NCBI GenBank assembly: GCA_022813865.1
Contig: JALDZX010000032.1
Location: 124,001 to 188,000, forward strand
Direction: 5' to 3'
DNA: 64,000 nt
DNA from: Xylographa opegraphella
Taxonomy: Eukaryota
In this document: piece after piece, positions 1 to 13,672 of the stretch
Position numbering within the stretch: the stretch's first letter is position 1
Layout of the letters: each line of letters starts with the position of its first letter
Program-made: the position numbers and the translations under genes
The notes under the pieces: generated by a model
What the model saw: only the letters and a program-made list of their open reading frames with translations
Databases searched by the model: none
Told to the model about the DNA's origin: nothing

Positions 1-1659
1 TGTTCTCGTCCGATCCAGCCATCGTCATCCATAAGTTTGAACCAGCTTCGCACAATCTCTAGGCTACAAAAAATCAGCTAACGTGGCCTTTTGAGGGTTT
101 ATAACGTACGTGAGGTCCATGTCCCATTCGGCAACTGGTAGTAGGTGAAAGCCTTCATCCCACAAAAAGCCTCTCGGAAAGAACGGTCTTGATGGAATAC
201 TGGTATAAAGCTCAGAAGGTCCTTCAAGCTTGAAGCCTCCTCTATTCCGAGCTTCGGCAGTCTCTTGCCAAAACCCCTCATTTTCTTCCTCGTACTCGGT
301 AGCATATGATCTATCGACCACTGCATCTCCATAAAAGTACCCAATACCTCCGATCAAGTTCGAGAACATCGATTTGGCAAACGGTTGATATTTGGGCTTA
401 TCGAAAGGAGACTTTGGCATGAGGATCTTATTGAAACGAGCCGCAAAGGACTCCGTGGTACGAGTTATACCTTTAGAAAGTTCTTCCGCTGGAAGGAGTT
501 CAGTAAGCGTGTTTCGATTGTTTAACAAGCTCTGAGCTTACAAGTCAATGGCTTAGACGACGAGCCAGATGAATACAGAATATCGAACTTTAGCCAAAGT
601 CAGTATTATTGATAGACCATGTAGCTTTCAAGATACCGACTTCGAAGGCGCCTTCGAACACCTTCTGAATAAGATGTAAATTTCCTTCACGAACTTCATT
701 GCCAATGGTGAATGTTTGCCATGGTGGCGGAGTGTTCTCGTTGCCATACTTCTCGATATACTCGTCGATCTGGCTTTTCATATGGTTGAATAAGAGCGCT
801 TCATCCAGAGACCTAATAGTCAGTCCATAACCTCAAAACAGTCATCTTGGTTCCCATAACCTACGCTTAGTTTGCCATATGGCTTCTTCAGGTGCCTGAA
901 AGCTTGCTACCATTGTCCTATCGAGAGGCTTGCTACCGTATGCATCATGTGTTCGTGGCGGATGCTGATTGGTATCCGGACCAGCCGTAATGTCGATTGT
1001 GAATTCTCCCAGCCCATTCGCCTGTCCTTTTAAAGTCACAGTTCCTTCATGCCCAAGCTCGTTGGGTTCGTTCTCGACTGCCAACGTCCCCAAACCCTCC
1101 ATGGAAGCATAAAAAATGACCGTACTCATAAGGCGAGATGGGGCATCGTCTCTTGGCGTTCCTTTCACCCTTACACCCCAGCTACCACCGTTTTGGCCTC
1201 CTGGGAACTTGACAAACTCTGTTGTGAGATCGAGCTTGTTGCCAGCGTCATGGATTGTTTGACGGCCACCATTTCTGACATCGTACTCATCCCATCCATA
1301 ACCTGCCATGCCCTCATTCTGTTCGCATGTATGACGGAAGTCTGCAATGCGGATTGTTAGCCAATTGACTTTGCGAGTCGAGTAAAATAGCCCATATAGC
1401 AGGATAGAAAGCTCGACCACGTACTTTCTTGGACATGATAGTCGTCGACTTTGGCCCAAAGCAGTCCCGTGGACAAACTTAACGGTATCCGAGGCTTGAC
1501 GCCAAAGTACAAGTTGGGTCTATAAGGTCCCCATAGCAGAGACTCATTGGATGTTTTGGCTGCTCCACCAAGGATTTCTTGGTCTTGTGCAGCAATGAAA
1601 TATGGCAATAATGAAATAACAACGAAAGCAAACGCTGAAGAGCGCCAATTCGCTAGCAT
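1..1659 (-). CDS. CWH41: Mannosyl-oligosaccharide glucosidase I (GH63), 5' part; multi-exon, continues beyond window start
   Basis: ATG at 1659 followed by a hydrophobic anchor. Family motifs LLWGPYRPNLYFG, FRHTCEQ..GMAGYGW and PSRPFFPRGFLWDEGFHL are spread over ORFs 1357-1737, 842-1459, 590-781 and 64-528. Intron 1 is 1342-1424 (GTACGT..CTAAC..CAG). Confidence 0.95.
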
Positions 1660-2064
1660 GATGGCGAAAGAGCGGCAGAGTACAATAGCCCTTATACGTA
1701 GCGTAAGAGGCCCATTCTTGAATATATGCCTGGGCACTTTTGGTCAGGCTACTCTACCAGAAACTATTTGAAGCCACATGGCAGATCTAGGGAGCTTCAG
1801 CCACACGAGCCACCGATGTACTCAGGGGCTGTCCCGCTGTTCGAAGCGAGGACAGTGGAGCCGGCGCTTGTGCGTCACTCAAAGACAAGGTACTGTATCT
1901 CACAGACCTCCAAGGGTTGTATATTATTCCTTCAATCAGGTACCGCTTATTGAGGCACTCTACGGTCCGAAGTAGCCATCACCTACATACACTACGGGAG
2001 CAAGCACCTGGACCACCGTCCATCTGTATTACATCAACTCTGTCCAACCACACCGTAACTCATC

Positions 2065-3159
2065 ATGTCCTCTTACCTCAGCTCCCTCACATCCCAGTAC
2101 ACCTCTCTGAAGCGCTTGCTTCCTACATCACTCTCAGAAGACCAAGACCGAAGCATCAACTCCGAATCGGACTCCCACGTATCGCGCGTCCTCCGAGCAT
2201 ACTACACTGAAAAGGGTCGCCCGTTTCCTGCCTGGCTGGGCCCCGATCCGAATGCTTCATCCAGATCTACAACGGCGGCGCTGTCAAATGCCCCGGCCAC
2301 TACAAGTGCAGGATCTTTAAGGGCAGGGCGCGGTCCCGTAGCTCCAAGCGGAGGCGGATTGGGAGACTTGTTCGCAGACTCTGCTCCTCAAGGAGGAAGG
2401 AGGGAGGGCGAGTCGCTGTCACTTCGTCAGCGCAGACCTGGTGTTCGTTCACCAGGATTCAAAGGCGGCTCTTCCGACTCGATCCCGTATCCGCAGAAGA
2501 TTGCGCAGGTACCACAATCACAGCATGCCCGGGTTTCTTCTTCAGCATCGAGTACAGATGTATCTGCATCTCAAGAACCGACCGTTCGCCCCCTTCCTTC
2601 ACAACGCGCCGGCAGTTACCAGTCTCGGCAAGGAATGATGTCGGCCTCAAGTAATACATCCGTCCCGTCTACATCCTCAAATGGGTCCTATAGTAAGGAA
2701 AGCACTGTGCAAGAACGCCTAAAAGCGCGTCTAGGGGGGTCCAAGAGCAGGGTTGCAAGTCCTGTTTTCGGTGGAAGCAGCACGCCAGATCCCCCTTCGT
2801 CGAGTGGTAATGACAGAGGAGAATACGATCCCTACTCGAGCTCGAATTACAACTTTAATCCCTACGAAAATAACGGAAGTGCCAGCAAGAAAACCCCTTA
2901 TGCTTCGGCTTCTGACAACCGTCCTCAGTACGCAAGCAACAATTCCGGCTCTAGCCAAACCAGCAGTTCGGGGGCGCCTTACATGGCCGCGACATCGCCT
3001 TGGGTGAGTGGGGATGATGGGTATAGGAGTGGAAGCGGAGGCGCAGGGGCAAGCCGTGGGGCAGCATCCAATAGCCACAGTGGTGGTCTCCCAGGATCAC
3101 TGCTTTCCGGACGCAGAGGCCCAACGCTGCCTGACTCTCCTCGAAGGAGAGGTCTGTAG
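2065..3159 (+). CDS. MSO1: Mso1-like Sec1-binding exocytosis protein
   Basis: Single-exon 364-aa ORF. N-terminal SESDSHVSRVLRAYYTEKGRPFPAWL resembles the Sec1-binding region of Mso1; the rest is S/G-rich and disordered. Confidence 0.8.
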   Translation: MSSYLSSLTSQYTSLKRLLPTSLSEDQDRSINSESDSHVSRVLRAYYTEKGRPFPAWLGPDPNASSRSTTAALSNAPATTSAGSLRAGRGPVAPSGGGLGDLFADSAPQGGRREGESLSLRQRRPGVRSPGFKGGSSDSIPYPQKIAQVPQSQHARVSSSASSTDVSASQEPTVRPLPSQRAGSYQSRQGMMSASSNTSVPSTSSNGSYSKESTVQERLKARLGGSKSRVASPVFGGSSTPDPPSSSGNDRGEYDPYSSSNYNFNPYENNGSASKKTPYASASDNRPQYASNNSGSSQTSSSGAPYMAATSPWVSGDDGYRSGSGGAGASRGAASNSHSGGLPGSLLSGRRGPTLPDSPRRRGL

Positions 3160-5954
3160 CTATAACGGTCGCAAGAAGAAGGGATATCGCTGCTCATGGT
3201 CCAATACATAAGGTAGTCACGCCGCACCCCTTTACCATGTGAGGCTGTATGCACGTAGTGGAAGCTGACAGGACCAATGATTACGTCTTCGAGGACTTAC
3301 CAAATTCAAGATACGAGATTCTCATGCGTCATAGAAGCTTGACGAAAGTGAACTACGCTATGTTGCATGTGTTTCGTGGGCACTGAGCAGCGCCATGAAC
3401 CTGTCATCGATACGGCCGATTGAGGTTGAAGAGGCATTGCTGCTAGCGCTGTGGGGGTAGAAGTGAACTCGTGTACCGGAGATGCTTCCGAGCTGATAGT
3501 GGATAGCGCCTGGTCCGCAAACCAAAGCTTTGCAATAGATATATCTGGTGTCACTGCGCTTTCACCCGGACGTGTAGCCTTGTCCTACTAGTGCTAATTG
3601 ATAGAATTTGCCAGTCTGAACTATTCCCACACCCGGCTGTCGCTTCGTTCTACTGTTTCAAGCCACGTGCGCCCATGCCGAGGACGGAGTGCGAGGCTGT
3701 ATGCTGTCTTTGTCTCCCGTCCACCGTTACTAGCAGTAATTTCTACAGGATCATATCACATCGATACACATCCTTTTTATAACGTACGCCCACAATGGTA
3801 GCGTGGTGTCAGTCATGCTCACAAAAGTAGCCTCAATCTGGTAACTGCTGCTTGCATCAATCCATGGCTTTGGTCAGAGCGTACCGAATGGATGATGGCG
3901 ACAGTTCAAAGACATAGCCTTAAAGAAAGGAAAATCTTCTCCCACATGGTCATCATCCACTTATGAGCTCTGATCCTTTTCAGTGTCCCATTCCCTTGCT
4001 TCGCCCTTGCGATTGCTTCCCGCGATCTCTGCCTTTTGAGTGCCTCGCAGATCAAAGGCAGCACCGATGTTATGTGGGAACTGTTCGTGAATATTATCGT
4101 CAGAGAACCAGTCGTTCGTCCCACCTACGCCTAGATATTGGAGGTGCTCTTGATCCCTGTATTCATACTATCGTCGTTAACATCAATCATCTCCCCGTGG
4201 TTGTCATTCATGTGGTTCGCTCCTATCCCGGCTACAGCATGCACCACGGTCCTCGAGGTCACGGTCCTCGAGGTAGACGGAGGATGCAGTTCGTCTCAAT
4301 GCTGCTCGTGGCTCAATATCACGGTATTACCCGATGTTCCAGCCATTTGACATCACCAGCCTCGACAGCACCTGTGATATCTATCCAATCGACCAGAGCT
4401 TGGTCAAAGAAGTTGGATGCATCGTGATACCCGCTGTTCGGCAGAAGTCATGGGTTCAAGAGCTACAGCAGGTGGCACGGCAAGGAACCTCATCCTCGAG
4501 GTGGTGGATACTCGCCTCCTGGCGTTCTCTGATACCATAGAGCGACGACGAGGCACGAAGATGTGTCGGTCGTGATGCAGCATCTTCGGTAAGCCGACGC
4601 GGTCAGAGATGATCTTGGTCGGCGACATCAAACACACGCGTCCAGGCTGCTGCCCGGGAAATTGACGGCCGCGAGATCGAGAGGGACTACGCTCGGGTGG
4701 AATCAAAGGGGTTTCTCCGTTTGTGGAGGACAGCGTACTATAGGTTTTAGGTGCCTCAGTGATGGACATGTTTTCCGTACGACGTCGTGGCAGGGGCCGC
4801 TGCAATCAGCGACTTGGTTGGTTGTTTGAATATTGTGGTCACCTGGCATCCTAGGGTATAGATGTATGATTACCAAGCCTTTGTGTGCACCGAGCATCGG
4901 AGGGTAAAAGTGACGGGTGGATGAAGAGCTTTCTCTTCATGTCGTTTCGACCACGGCACGGTTCTCCGCGGGGCTTGAGATGGTGGTTCGTGGGAAACAT
5001 CATAGTCTGAATAGGGGAATAGACATATTGTGTGCGAATTGTGAACTCTCCATCCATGTCATGCTGTGGGCCAAAATGCCCGCCATGCGGCGTCGGCTTC
5101 CACATAATTTTCCTGCTCATGGGCCAATTGGACACAAATGCGTGCGTGAAAGTTCTTCCTGCTCCACCACACCATAACCTGCCATCTCTTCTCAATTGCC
5201 GCTGCAGCAGAGATGCCTTCTATCCATCGCAAGCACGAGATCGAGGGGTAAGGGAGGGCTTCTTGTTAGTGCCCCGCATCGACGGAAGAGCCGTGGTTGC
5301 TGCGTCGTGAGTCGTTGGCCAGTGATGGCCCTCCGACGGGACTTCCAGAACTCCAAGTGGGGTTGGACTAGAGCCTCGTCACGAGGATTTGGATGCTGCT
5401 GAATGGAGCCTGGACACGCTTTAGTCCAGCTTGTCCGACCGGGGAGGGGAAGATATAAGACGAACCAGCCACCTCAGCACGCGGAGGTCCACCACTTCCT
5501 GCTCAGTCACGACGTCCATACTACGATTAGTGGAGCATTCTGGGAAGAACGTACCGCAATTTCGGTGAGAAGAATCTGGCCCCTGCTGCGTTGTGTGTGT
5601 GTCGTGCCCCCTGCTATGCGAGTCGAATTAAAAAGCTCCGGCAACGTTCACGGTGGAACATCCGGGGAGAAGTGCCATGCTTTGTCAAGTCTTTGCCAAT
5701 TACGTCGCTGACTCCGCAGAAACCCACCAGGCAAAAGGCCTCGCAGTTAGCAGACCTTCGTACAGCTCCACCCCTACCAATAGCTCGAGAAGCTTGTCCT
5801 ATCTTCCTCGATCCGTCCCAGCCGCCCGAAGCCAAAGGTAGATACGTACCTGCACCGGCCTGCGCGACTACTCTTCCTTCCTCTCTACCTCCTCAACCAC
5901 CACCACCACCACCGCATCTTTATACATCTGATCTTGCTCTTTCAGTCATTCAAC

Positions 5955-7607
5955 ATGGTATTTGCCCGCTCTCTTTCGCGCCTCTCGCGCCCGTGCTCTT
6001 CCCTCCTCACCTCCAAGCCATTGAGCGCTTCACCTTTACCCCGCACCTCGCTTCTCGGAGCCCGCCATCTCTCCGCAACGTCATCGCTGCAGGTTCTTCA
6101 TCCAACCCTTCTGCTGTCGTCGGTCGCAGAGTCGAGAGTGCAACTGCTAATCGAGGGGTGCAATGGCAGGGCAAAGTTCTTCTCGTCCTCTACGATGGTG
6201 GAGAGCATGGCCGAGACGTGCCGGAGATGCTGGGCACGACCGAGAACGAGCTCGGCATCCGGCCGTGGCTGGAGGAGAACGGCCACACCCTCGTGACCAC
6301 GTCGGACAAGGAGGGCGAGAACTCCAAGTTCGACCAGGAGCTCGTCGATGCAGAGGTCATCATCACGACCCCGTGAGTCCCCCGCGGTGAAGGAGAGAGC
6401 CTGGTCGAGATTCAAGTCCCAACAGCGACAACTACGACAAGAGCAAGACCATACCGCCAATCCCATCAGTACACATCTTGGTTTCTATGCTTGAGCAATT
6501 AGCTGATTCTAATTTTCTTATTCCAGATTCCACCCCGGCTACCTGACTGCTGAGCGTCTCGCAAAGGCCAAGAAGCTCAAGCTGGCCGTCACTGCCGGTA
6601 TCGGTTCCGACCATGTGGATCTCGACGCGGCCAACAAGACCAACGGCGGTGTCACGGTCGCTGAAGTCACCGGCTCCAATGTCGTTTCTGTGGCCGAACA
6701 CGTCGTGATGACCATCTTGACCTTGGTCCGCAACTTCGTCCCCGCTCACGAGCAGATCCAAGCTGGCGAGTGGAACGTTGCGGCGGTCGCCAAGAACGAG
6801 TATGATCTCGAGGGCAAGGTCGTCGGAACTGTCGCTGTCGGACGCATCGGAGAGCGTGTCCTACGACGATTGAAGCCGTTCGACTGCAAGGAGCTTCTTT
6901 ACTTCGATTACCAGCCATTGAAGCCTGAGGTTGAGAAGGAGATTGGCTGCCGCAGAGTGGACTCGTTGGAAGAGATGTTGGGCCAGTGCGACGTCGTGAC
7001 GATCAACTGCCCGCTGCACGAGAAGACACGAGGACTGTTCAACAAGGAGCTCATCTCCAAGATGAAGAAGGGTATGTTGAGCTTTTCCTAGCCATTCCGA
7101 TCATGTGGACTGGTTACGAGTTACTACCCTTTAATTGCCATCAACGTTGAGAACTACATTTGAGCTCTTCATCGTCTCCATCCGCCTTGATCCATTTTCT
7201 TATCATCTTTACTCTCTTCTTCACATTACTGACACCACATCGCAGGCTCATGGCTCGTCAACACTGCCCGTGGTGCTATCGTCGTCAAGGAAGACGTTGC
7301 CGATGCTCTCAAGTCCGGACACCTTCGCGGCTACGGTGGAGACGTTTGGTTTCCTCAACCAGCGCCCAAGGACCACCCGCTCCGCTACGCCAAGAACCCC
7401 TTCGGCGGAGGCAACGCCATGGTCCCCCACATGTCGGGAACTTCCATCGACGCGCAACAGCGATACGCCGCCGGCACCAAGGCGATCTTGGACAGCTACT
7501 TCAGCGGCCGCGAAGACTACAGGGCTCAGGACCTGATTGTGCACAAGGGTGACTATGCCACGAAGGCTTACGGTCAAAGAAGCGCGGCTACCCCGGGTCA
7601 GCACTAA
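5955..7607 (+). CDS. FDH1: NAD-dependent formate dehydrogenase; exons 5955-6092, 6170-6372, 6527-7071, 7246-7607
   Basis: Motifs [42 protein letters not shown] and PHMSGT. Splicing the three GT..AG introns restores the frame. Confidence 0.97.
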
Positions 7608-8272
7608 ATGCATTGAGGTGACGGTGGGGCTGTGGAGGTGAGAGGAAGCAGAAGCAAGATTGGGGGTTTAGAACAAGGAAAGAGGTGGATGAGCAGCACG
7701 TAAATAGGCTCGACGGGTGGAAAAGCGAAGCAAAGTATGAGAATGGTTTCGACCAAGAACTGTATCTAGCTGTTCCTAATATGTAGTTTAAAATCATTGC
7801 TTCACTAGAAATGGCCGTTCGTGATTGGTGGTTCTGTGGTAGTACTTGCCAGGCTGATGAAAATGGCGGAATTGACGATTACTATTTGTGAGCCGGCGCA
7901 AGAACAACGAGAAAAATCCACATCCGGTATATCTAGTTTTACCAATAACGTGGCACTTTTCTCGTGCGGTCGAAAGAATCGTTGCCAATACCAAGGGTTC
8001 TCCCTCTCCCCTCGCATTAGGACCTCTCCAGCAACACGCCCACCACCGCTCATTTTCTCGCCATCTCAACCTGCCCTCGGTGAATATCATCCCCTTCACT
8101 ACTACCACCCGCAGAACCGCACCACCGCCCTCTCCTTCACTAAATCTTCAAGGCCGTTCGAAATCACTTATACACTTATTCATCCAACCGATCCCCTTCT
8201 CGGCACCTCCCTCCTCTCACCTCCGGCGCATAAATCGAACCAACCCCCCGTCCCCTCTGCTCACCACCCGCC

Positions 8273-9302
8273 ATGGACCTCGTCGCTGGCGTCCGCAAGG
8301 AAGGCAGTCGGTAGGGTTTCCCCAAGCTACTTTCTTACCCTTCCACCTCTATCCCCTTCCCTTCCAGCAACACCCTCGCTAACCCCCCCTTCCCCCATAC
8401 AGCGGCGGCCGCGGCGACTTCAAATGGGAGGACGTCCGCGCGGACCAGCACCGCGAGAACTACCTCGGACACTCGCTCATGGCGCGTGAGTCTCCCCTCC
8501 CTCACCCTCCCGCATTTCAGTACCCCCCCCCACCCACCCTTTCCTTACCAGACAGAAAACCTCCAGACAGGCCCGCTACACAACCCCAACTACCCCTTCC
8601 GCACACACACACGCTGACACCGTTTTTCGTCATGGTGGGAATGTAGCCGTCGGCCGGTGGCAGAAAAACAAAGATCTCGGCTGGTACGCCAAGGGCGACG
8701 AGTCGCAAGCCGCGCTCGACGCCACGGCGGCGCGGACGGAGGAGTTGGCGCGCATTAAGGCCGCGGAGGCGGATGCGCTGCGGGAGGCGTTGGGGTTTAA
8801 GGTCGAGAGGAGGGTGGGCGGTGGTGGGGTGGGGACGGGGGCGAATGCGGGTGCGGTTGGGGGGGTGGGGATGGGGATGAATGCGAGGATTGGGGGGGAG
8901 GAGGAGGGTGTGGGTGGGGGTGTGGTGGAGAGGAGGGAGGGGGGAGAGGAGCAGAGAGAGAGGAGGCATAGGAGGCGGGAGGACGGGCATCGGCGGCATG
9001 GTCGTCGGGAGGGGTCTAAGAGGCGCGCCGGGAGGAGCAGAAGCAGAAGCAGAAGCAGGAGCCACAATCGCCGCCCGGAGGAGGGCTCCGCGTCGTCCAA
9101 GCCGCTGCGAGCTAGGCCTGGCAGCCGGGAACGCCGCTATGTGTCCGAGCGCGCTTCTTCACGGGATGGAAGGAGGGAGAGGGAGAGGGGAGAGGGCGGC
9201 CATGAGCGGCGAGCGCACTCGGATAGGAGGAGGCGGAGCCGTTCTCGCTCTCGTTCTCCGCGTCCGAGGCGGAGGGATGGGCATAGGAGCGGGAGGGCTT
9301 AG
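8273..9302 (+). CDS. MMTAG2/C1orf35-like protein with RS-rich tail (2 introns)
   Basis: Spliced N-terminus [54 protein letters not shown] matches the MMtag domain; the C-terminus is R/S/E-rich. Confidence 0.85.
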
Positions 9303-12277
9303 GTGTGCGGGAGCCGGTACGAGCGCATGATATGTGCAGCGGCGTTGACTACTCGCCGCGGAATATGGCGCGGTTCATGTGGATGCATGATGTCTCTCCT
9401 GTGGCTTCCTAAGGCTGTGTGCTTTGTTGAGTGGCCACGAGGATTGTGTGGGGTTGGGGGTTGGTACGGGATTGTTGGTACCGTGCGTGCGTGAGATACT
9501 ATGAGCCGAGAGCAGAAATATGAGGTTTTTGTGAGGATCTGATGAGTGTGAGGTTGGTGCGTGGGTGCGTGCGTGGGTGCGTGCTTTGAGTCGCTGGGTG
9601 CGGAACGTGTGATGTGTGAAGTGTGAAGTGTGAAGTGTGTATGTGTTTCTGGCTTAGGGGGTGCTTGTGGTGGATGTGGATGCGGTTGAGGAGGGGGGGA
9701 TTTTTGCTCGGTTTTATGCACGCTGTGGGTCCTGTGTGGCGTGAAGTGATGGGTTTCGGGGACGGGGATGGTGTTTGCTTGTGCTTGTGCTTCACTGGGG
9801 CTGCGGTGGGGGTGGGTCTTTCTATTTCTTCCTTCGTTCTTTTTTCTTGTGCTATTTCTTGTTTTTAAAGCTACGCAAGTATCTGTCTATGAGTCTTCTC
9901 CTTCTGGTTTCTTTTCCCTCTTAGGGCCACGCTCTACTTCGTCTACTTCCCCCTTTCTCTACTCCCCCCCTTCTCGTCTCACACTCCCCATCACCCACAT
10001 CCTGAATACCCATCACCGCACCCACCCCCGGCTGTCCAGCACCCGCATCTATCAGCCCGCCCCTCGCAATCACAGCACGACCTTGTCGATCGCTCTGCCG
10101 TGGGATATGTTATCCCGAGCCGAGTGGACGAGGTGGGCACGGTAAGTAAGAGTGCTGCCTCCGGCGCCGGAGCAGTGTCGCTGAGCTCGCCCGCACCGCC
10201 GTGCGTGGAGGTTGGTGGGTTGATGTGGTAGTGTGTACATGGATCAGAAGAGGTGGAAGGTGCTTTTGTGCTTTCGGTGAAGCGGTTTGTGGCTTGGGGA
10301 CGGCGGGGGTGGTCCTTGAAGATGGGCCTCTAGTTCGATATCGCGCTGCATTCGACACCCGAAAAACATGGCGTAAGAGACAGCGGGCAGGTATTCTTCA
10401 TTGTCCCTCGGAGGATGGGGTCGTTGATCGTTGGGATATATCTGGAGGAATCCGATCGGGCATGAACCGGGTTGTGGAAAATCGTGGCATCCGTGGGCTT
10501 TTGATGCCCTTCATTGTCCGTCTTAACAGCATTTTTCTTTCATTGTGGGTGGTGCGATCCGACGCCGGCTGGAGTGTGTCGATGAGGTGTAGACTCAAGT
10601 CGGTTGTTCCAATTGTTTCTTCTGGTAATTCTTATAGCTAGTGTGATGTATCTTCTTATTCATGACATGTTTGTCTTCATGCCTGTGTGGCTATTCCCGT
10701 CTTTTCTACTACGTTTTACCATCCTCCCCACTCACCATGCCCGAACTTTGGGCCCTTAAAACCATTGCGGCCGATTCACTCACGCTGGGCGGTATATGTG
10801 ACGGGAAAGGAGTGGGATGCTATATCCAAAGGACCACAATAGACCTTCTACGGCTACGGGCCGTGCCCTAAAGCTAATGGACCGGCGGACACCAAGATTA
10901 TTGCTTTTGATACCGAGGCTGCAGCAAAGCGCTCGCTAGTCTTGGGGTTGGGAGTTTTTCTTCAGCGAAAGATTGTGTATTGCTCGCCAGGATTGGATTT
11001 CATCTCTGCGAACGCTTTCGGGGAGCGGGAGAGGGTTGCATAGGGAGTGATGGGAGTGAAGGCGATGAATGGTGCTTTCGATGAGGATGCTGCTGGTGAG
11101 GATGCCGCTGGTTGGAACACCGCTGCCGAGAATTTGGCTGTCAAGAATTCAGCTGCCAACGGATCAGCTGCCACGGATACTGTTGCTGAGGACAACGAAA
11201 GCAACGAAGTGGTAATCTTGATATTTGCTACAATACCGACGACACTCGTCTTACGGATGGGGGCAGCTTACGTTCCCGCTCAACCATGTCGCCTCTACCA
11301 AGCGACAAGTACCGTGGCGCCGGGAAAAAGTCAATCGTCCATAATAGCAGCCGCCGGTCCAGAATCGGCTGCGTACGCCCACAGGAGGCTCCTCGCGATC
11401 GAGTGCGTGTGGATTGCAACAGGTTCCCAAAATGGTTCCGGTTGGTCATCTTTCTGGTACGAACAAAGATATATATATATATACTCACTGTGAAAAGGAC
11501 TTTGTCGAGATGCGCGGCTCGGAAACGTTAATACTGGAGGCAAACGACGGATCGAATTCAACGGCAAGATAGCACACGGCTTTCTTGCGGGATCAAAGTT
11601 GGAAAGCAGAAGATTTGGTAGCCCTTGAGGTCGCGTGTCCGTAACAAGTTCACAGCGCGACGTATTTTATTTTCGTAACACCGTACGTACATTACGACGT
11701 ATTACTTTCGCTGCGGGAACTAACGCTGATGACGAAGTTTGACACCAAAGTCTAAAATGCGTCCGGCCACCAGGAACGCAGATTGAGCCGCTCCGAAGAG
11801 CCTGAAATTCCCTTTTCGGGGTCCAAACACCCCCCCGCTTCCTTCGCGAGCCTGCTTGTTACCTGGATGCCTACCGCAGTAGCGCCGCAACGCCCGGGTT
11901 GTGTTAGTGAAACCTAGAACAACAAGGCCGCGGGCGTTCTATGACTACCTAGTCTCCAAGCTACTTTGATTGCTTCACAATCCTCGGGGTTCCAGCTTTG
12001 CTTTCATTCGGTATCTGGGTATTCCAAGAGACGCAAATCGTCGGTGGAATTGCCGCCCAGTGTGGAATCGTGGCGGTGATTCATATGGGCTCTTGCCAAC
12101 TCATCACCCGTGACGTCGGGATCTCGCCCCCACTTTCGGAGCTGAAAGTGGGAATCTCTCTCCGCATCACATGAGGAGCACGCGATCCGACCCGAATTGA
12201 TCATAAACTTCAAGCTCGTATTTGTTTATCCTCCGTCGCGCCTGCTTGGAAAGCCTCTGCGCTCGCGGCGTGCTACG

Positions 12278-13505
12278 ATGACTCACGTCGCTCCGCATGA
12301 ATCCAGCGGTGAAGAAGGGCCGGTTCGGGTGGAGACCGAGGATCGGAAAAGGTCCATCATCGTGGTCTGTGGAGGAGTCAATTGGGACATGATCTCGGTG
12401 GCCCATCGCCTCCCGAGTAGCGGCGAGACCTTCAACTCGAAGAGCTTCACCATGTGTCCCGGCGGCAAGGGTGCCAACGCCGCTATTGCGTTGCATCGCT
12501 TGAGCCACGTCCGACCGGCCGAGGGTGATGATGGGACAAAGGCGCCGAGATTCATGTACGAAGGCAGTTGCCTGGATGAAATCGAGGTGCGCATGATCGG
12601 CTCCATTGGCGATGACACGTTTGGGATGGCGATGAAGGCCTCGCTGGAGCAGCACTTCGTCAACACCGATGGTGTCGACATCCACAAGGGCGCGACCAGC
12701 GCTGTGGCCGTGACCTGGGTCGAGTCGGAATCGGGTGAGAACCGCATCCTTGTGTACCCAGGGGCAAACCACCTCTTGAAAGCGGACGCATTTGCCGATG
12801 ACGCGAGGTTTGGGACGGAGCCTCCCGAGCTCGTGATATCACAGCTGGAGTTGAATCGCGAGACGGTGGAACAGTTGATTACGATAGCCAAAGCAGCCAA
12901 GATTGATACTCTACTGAACCCGTCTCCAGCGCACTATCTAGATGACCATGTCTATAATGGGCTCACGCACTTGGTTCTGAATGAATCCGAGGCAGCCATT
13001 TTGACGGGCCGCCATATCGAGGAACTAGGGGTAGGCTTCGATGATTGGAACATCATTACGGATGAGTTCCTCGACCTTGGGGTCCGATACGTGATCGTCA
13101 CTTTGGGGGACAAGGGCGCCTTTTTCTCCGAGCAGAAGGGCAAGGGCGAATATGCAGCGGCGGAAAAGGTCGATCTTGATAGTATAGTAGACACCAGTGG
13201 TGCTGGGTGCGTCCTTTTCGACTTTCTTTGCTCCAGGGTTTTCCCCACGTATCTGCCGAGTCACGCAGCATCTGATGCTTCGGCGAGACGCGGAAAATGC
13301 TGCTTAGGCTAACATCTCCCCTAGTGACACTTTTGTTGGCGCCTATGCTGTTCAGTGGGTGAAAGAGAAGCAAAGAGGGCAGTGGAGCCTCAGATCAACT
13401 GTGGAATATGCTTGCAAAGCGTCGGCGCGGACGATACAGCAGGTGGGCTGTCAAGAATCGATTCCTTGGGCTAGCGATTTCGATCCCATTGAGCCTCTGA
13501 ATTAA
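12278..13505 (+). CDS. PfkB-family sugar kinase, ribokinase-like; intron 13207-13324
   Basis: Motifs PGGKGANAAIA, NPSPA and NESEA; the anion-hole motif DTSGAG|DTF is rebuilt across the intron. Confidence 0.9.
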
Positions 13506-13672
13506 TGCTAGTATGGTTCAGCAACGTAACGGACGACCGAGGTTCTCTACTGAGGAGGAAACATGAAATTTCTCTTACGTCGTTGATAGACAATGCAGCT
13601 GTTGCTGTTACCTGCTTCGAAGATTCACTTCTGACAATATATGAGTTGCGATCGTCAATAGTCTTCTTTCCT

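Noticed and set aside
3940..4810. Hydrophobic ORF fragments with a 15-bp duplication (CACGGTCCTCGAGGT x2)
   Set aside because: Interrupted by stops in every frame and no recognisable family; possibly a relic, but not supportable.
9300..10400. Many overlapping ORFs and a CTGATGA hammerhead-like core at about 9539
   Set aside because: Low-complexity GT-rich or C-rich flanking DNA; no stem II or GAAA follows the core.
10660..11570. Ala/Ser-rich ORF pieces on both strands
   Set aside because: Multiple stops, no motifs and no coherent splice model.
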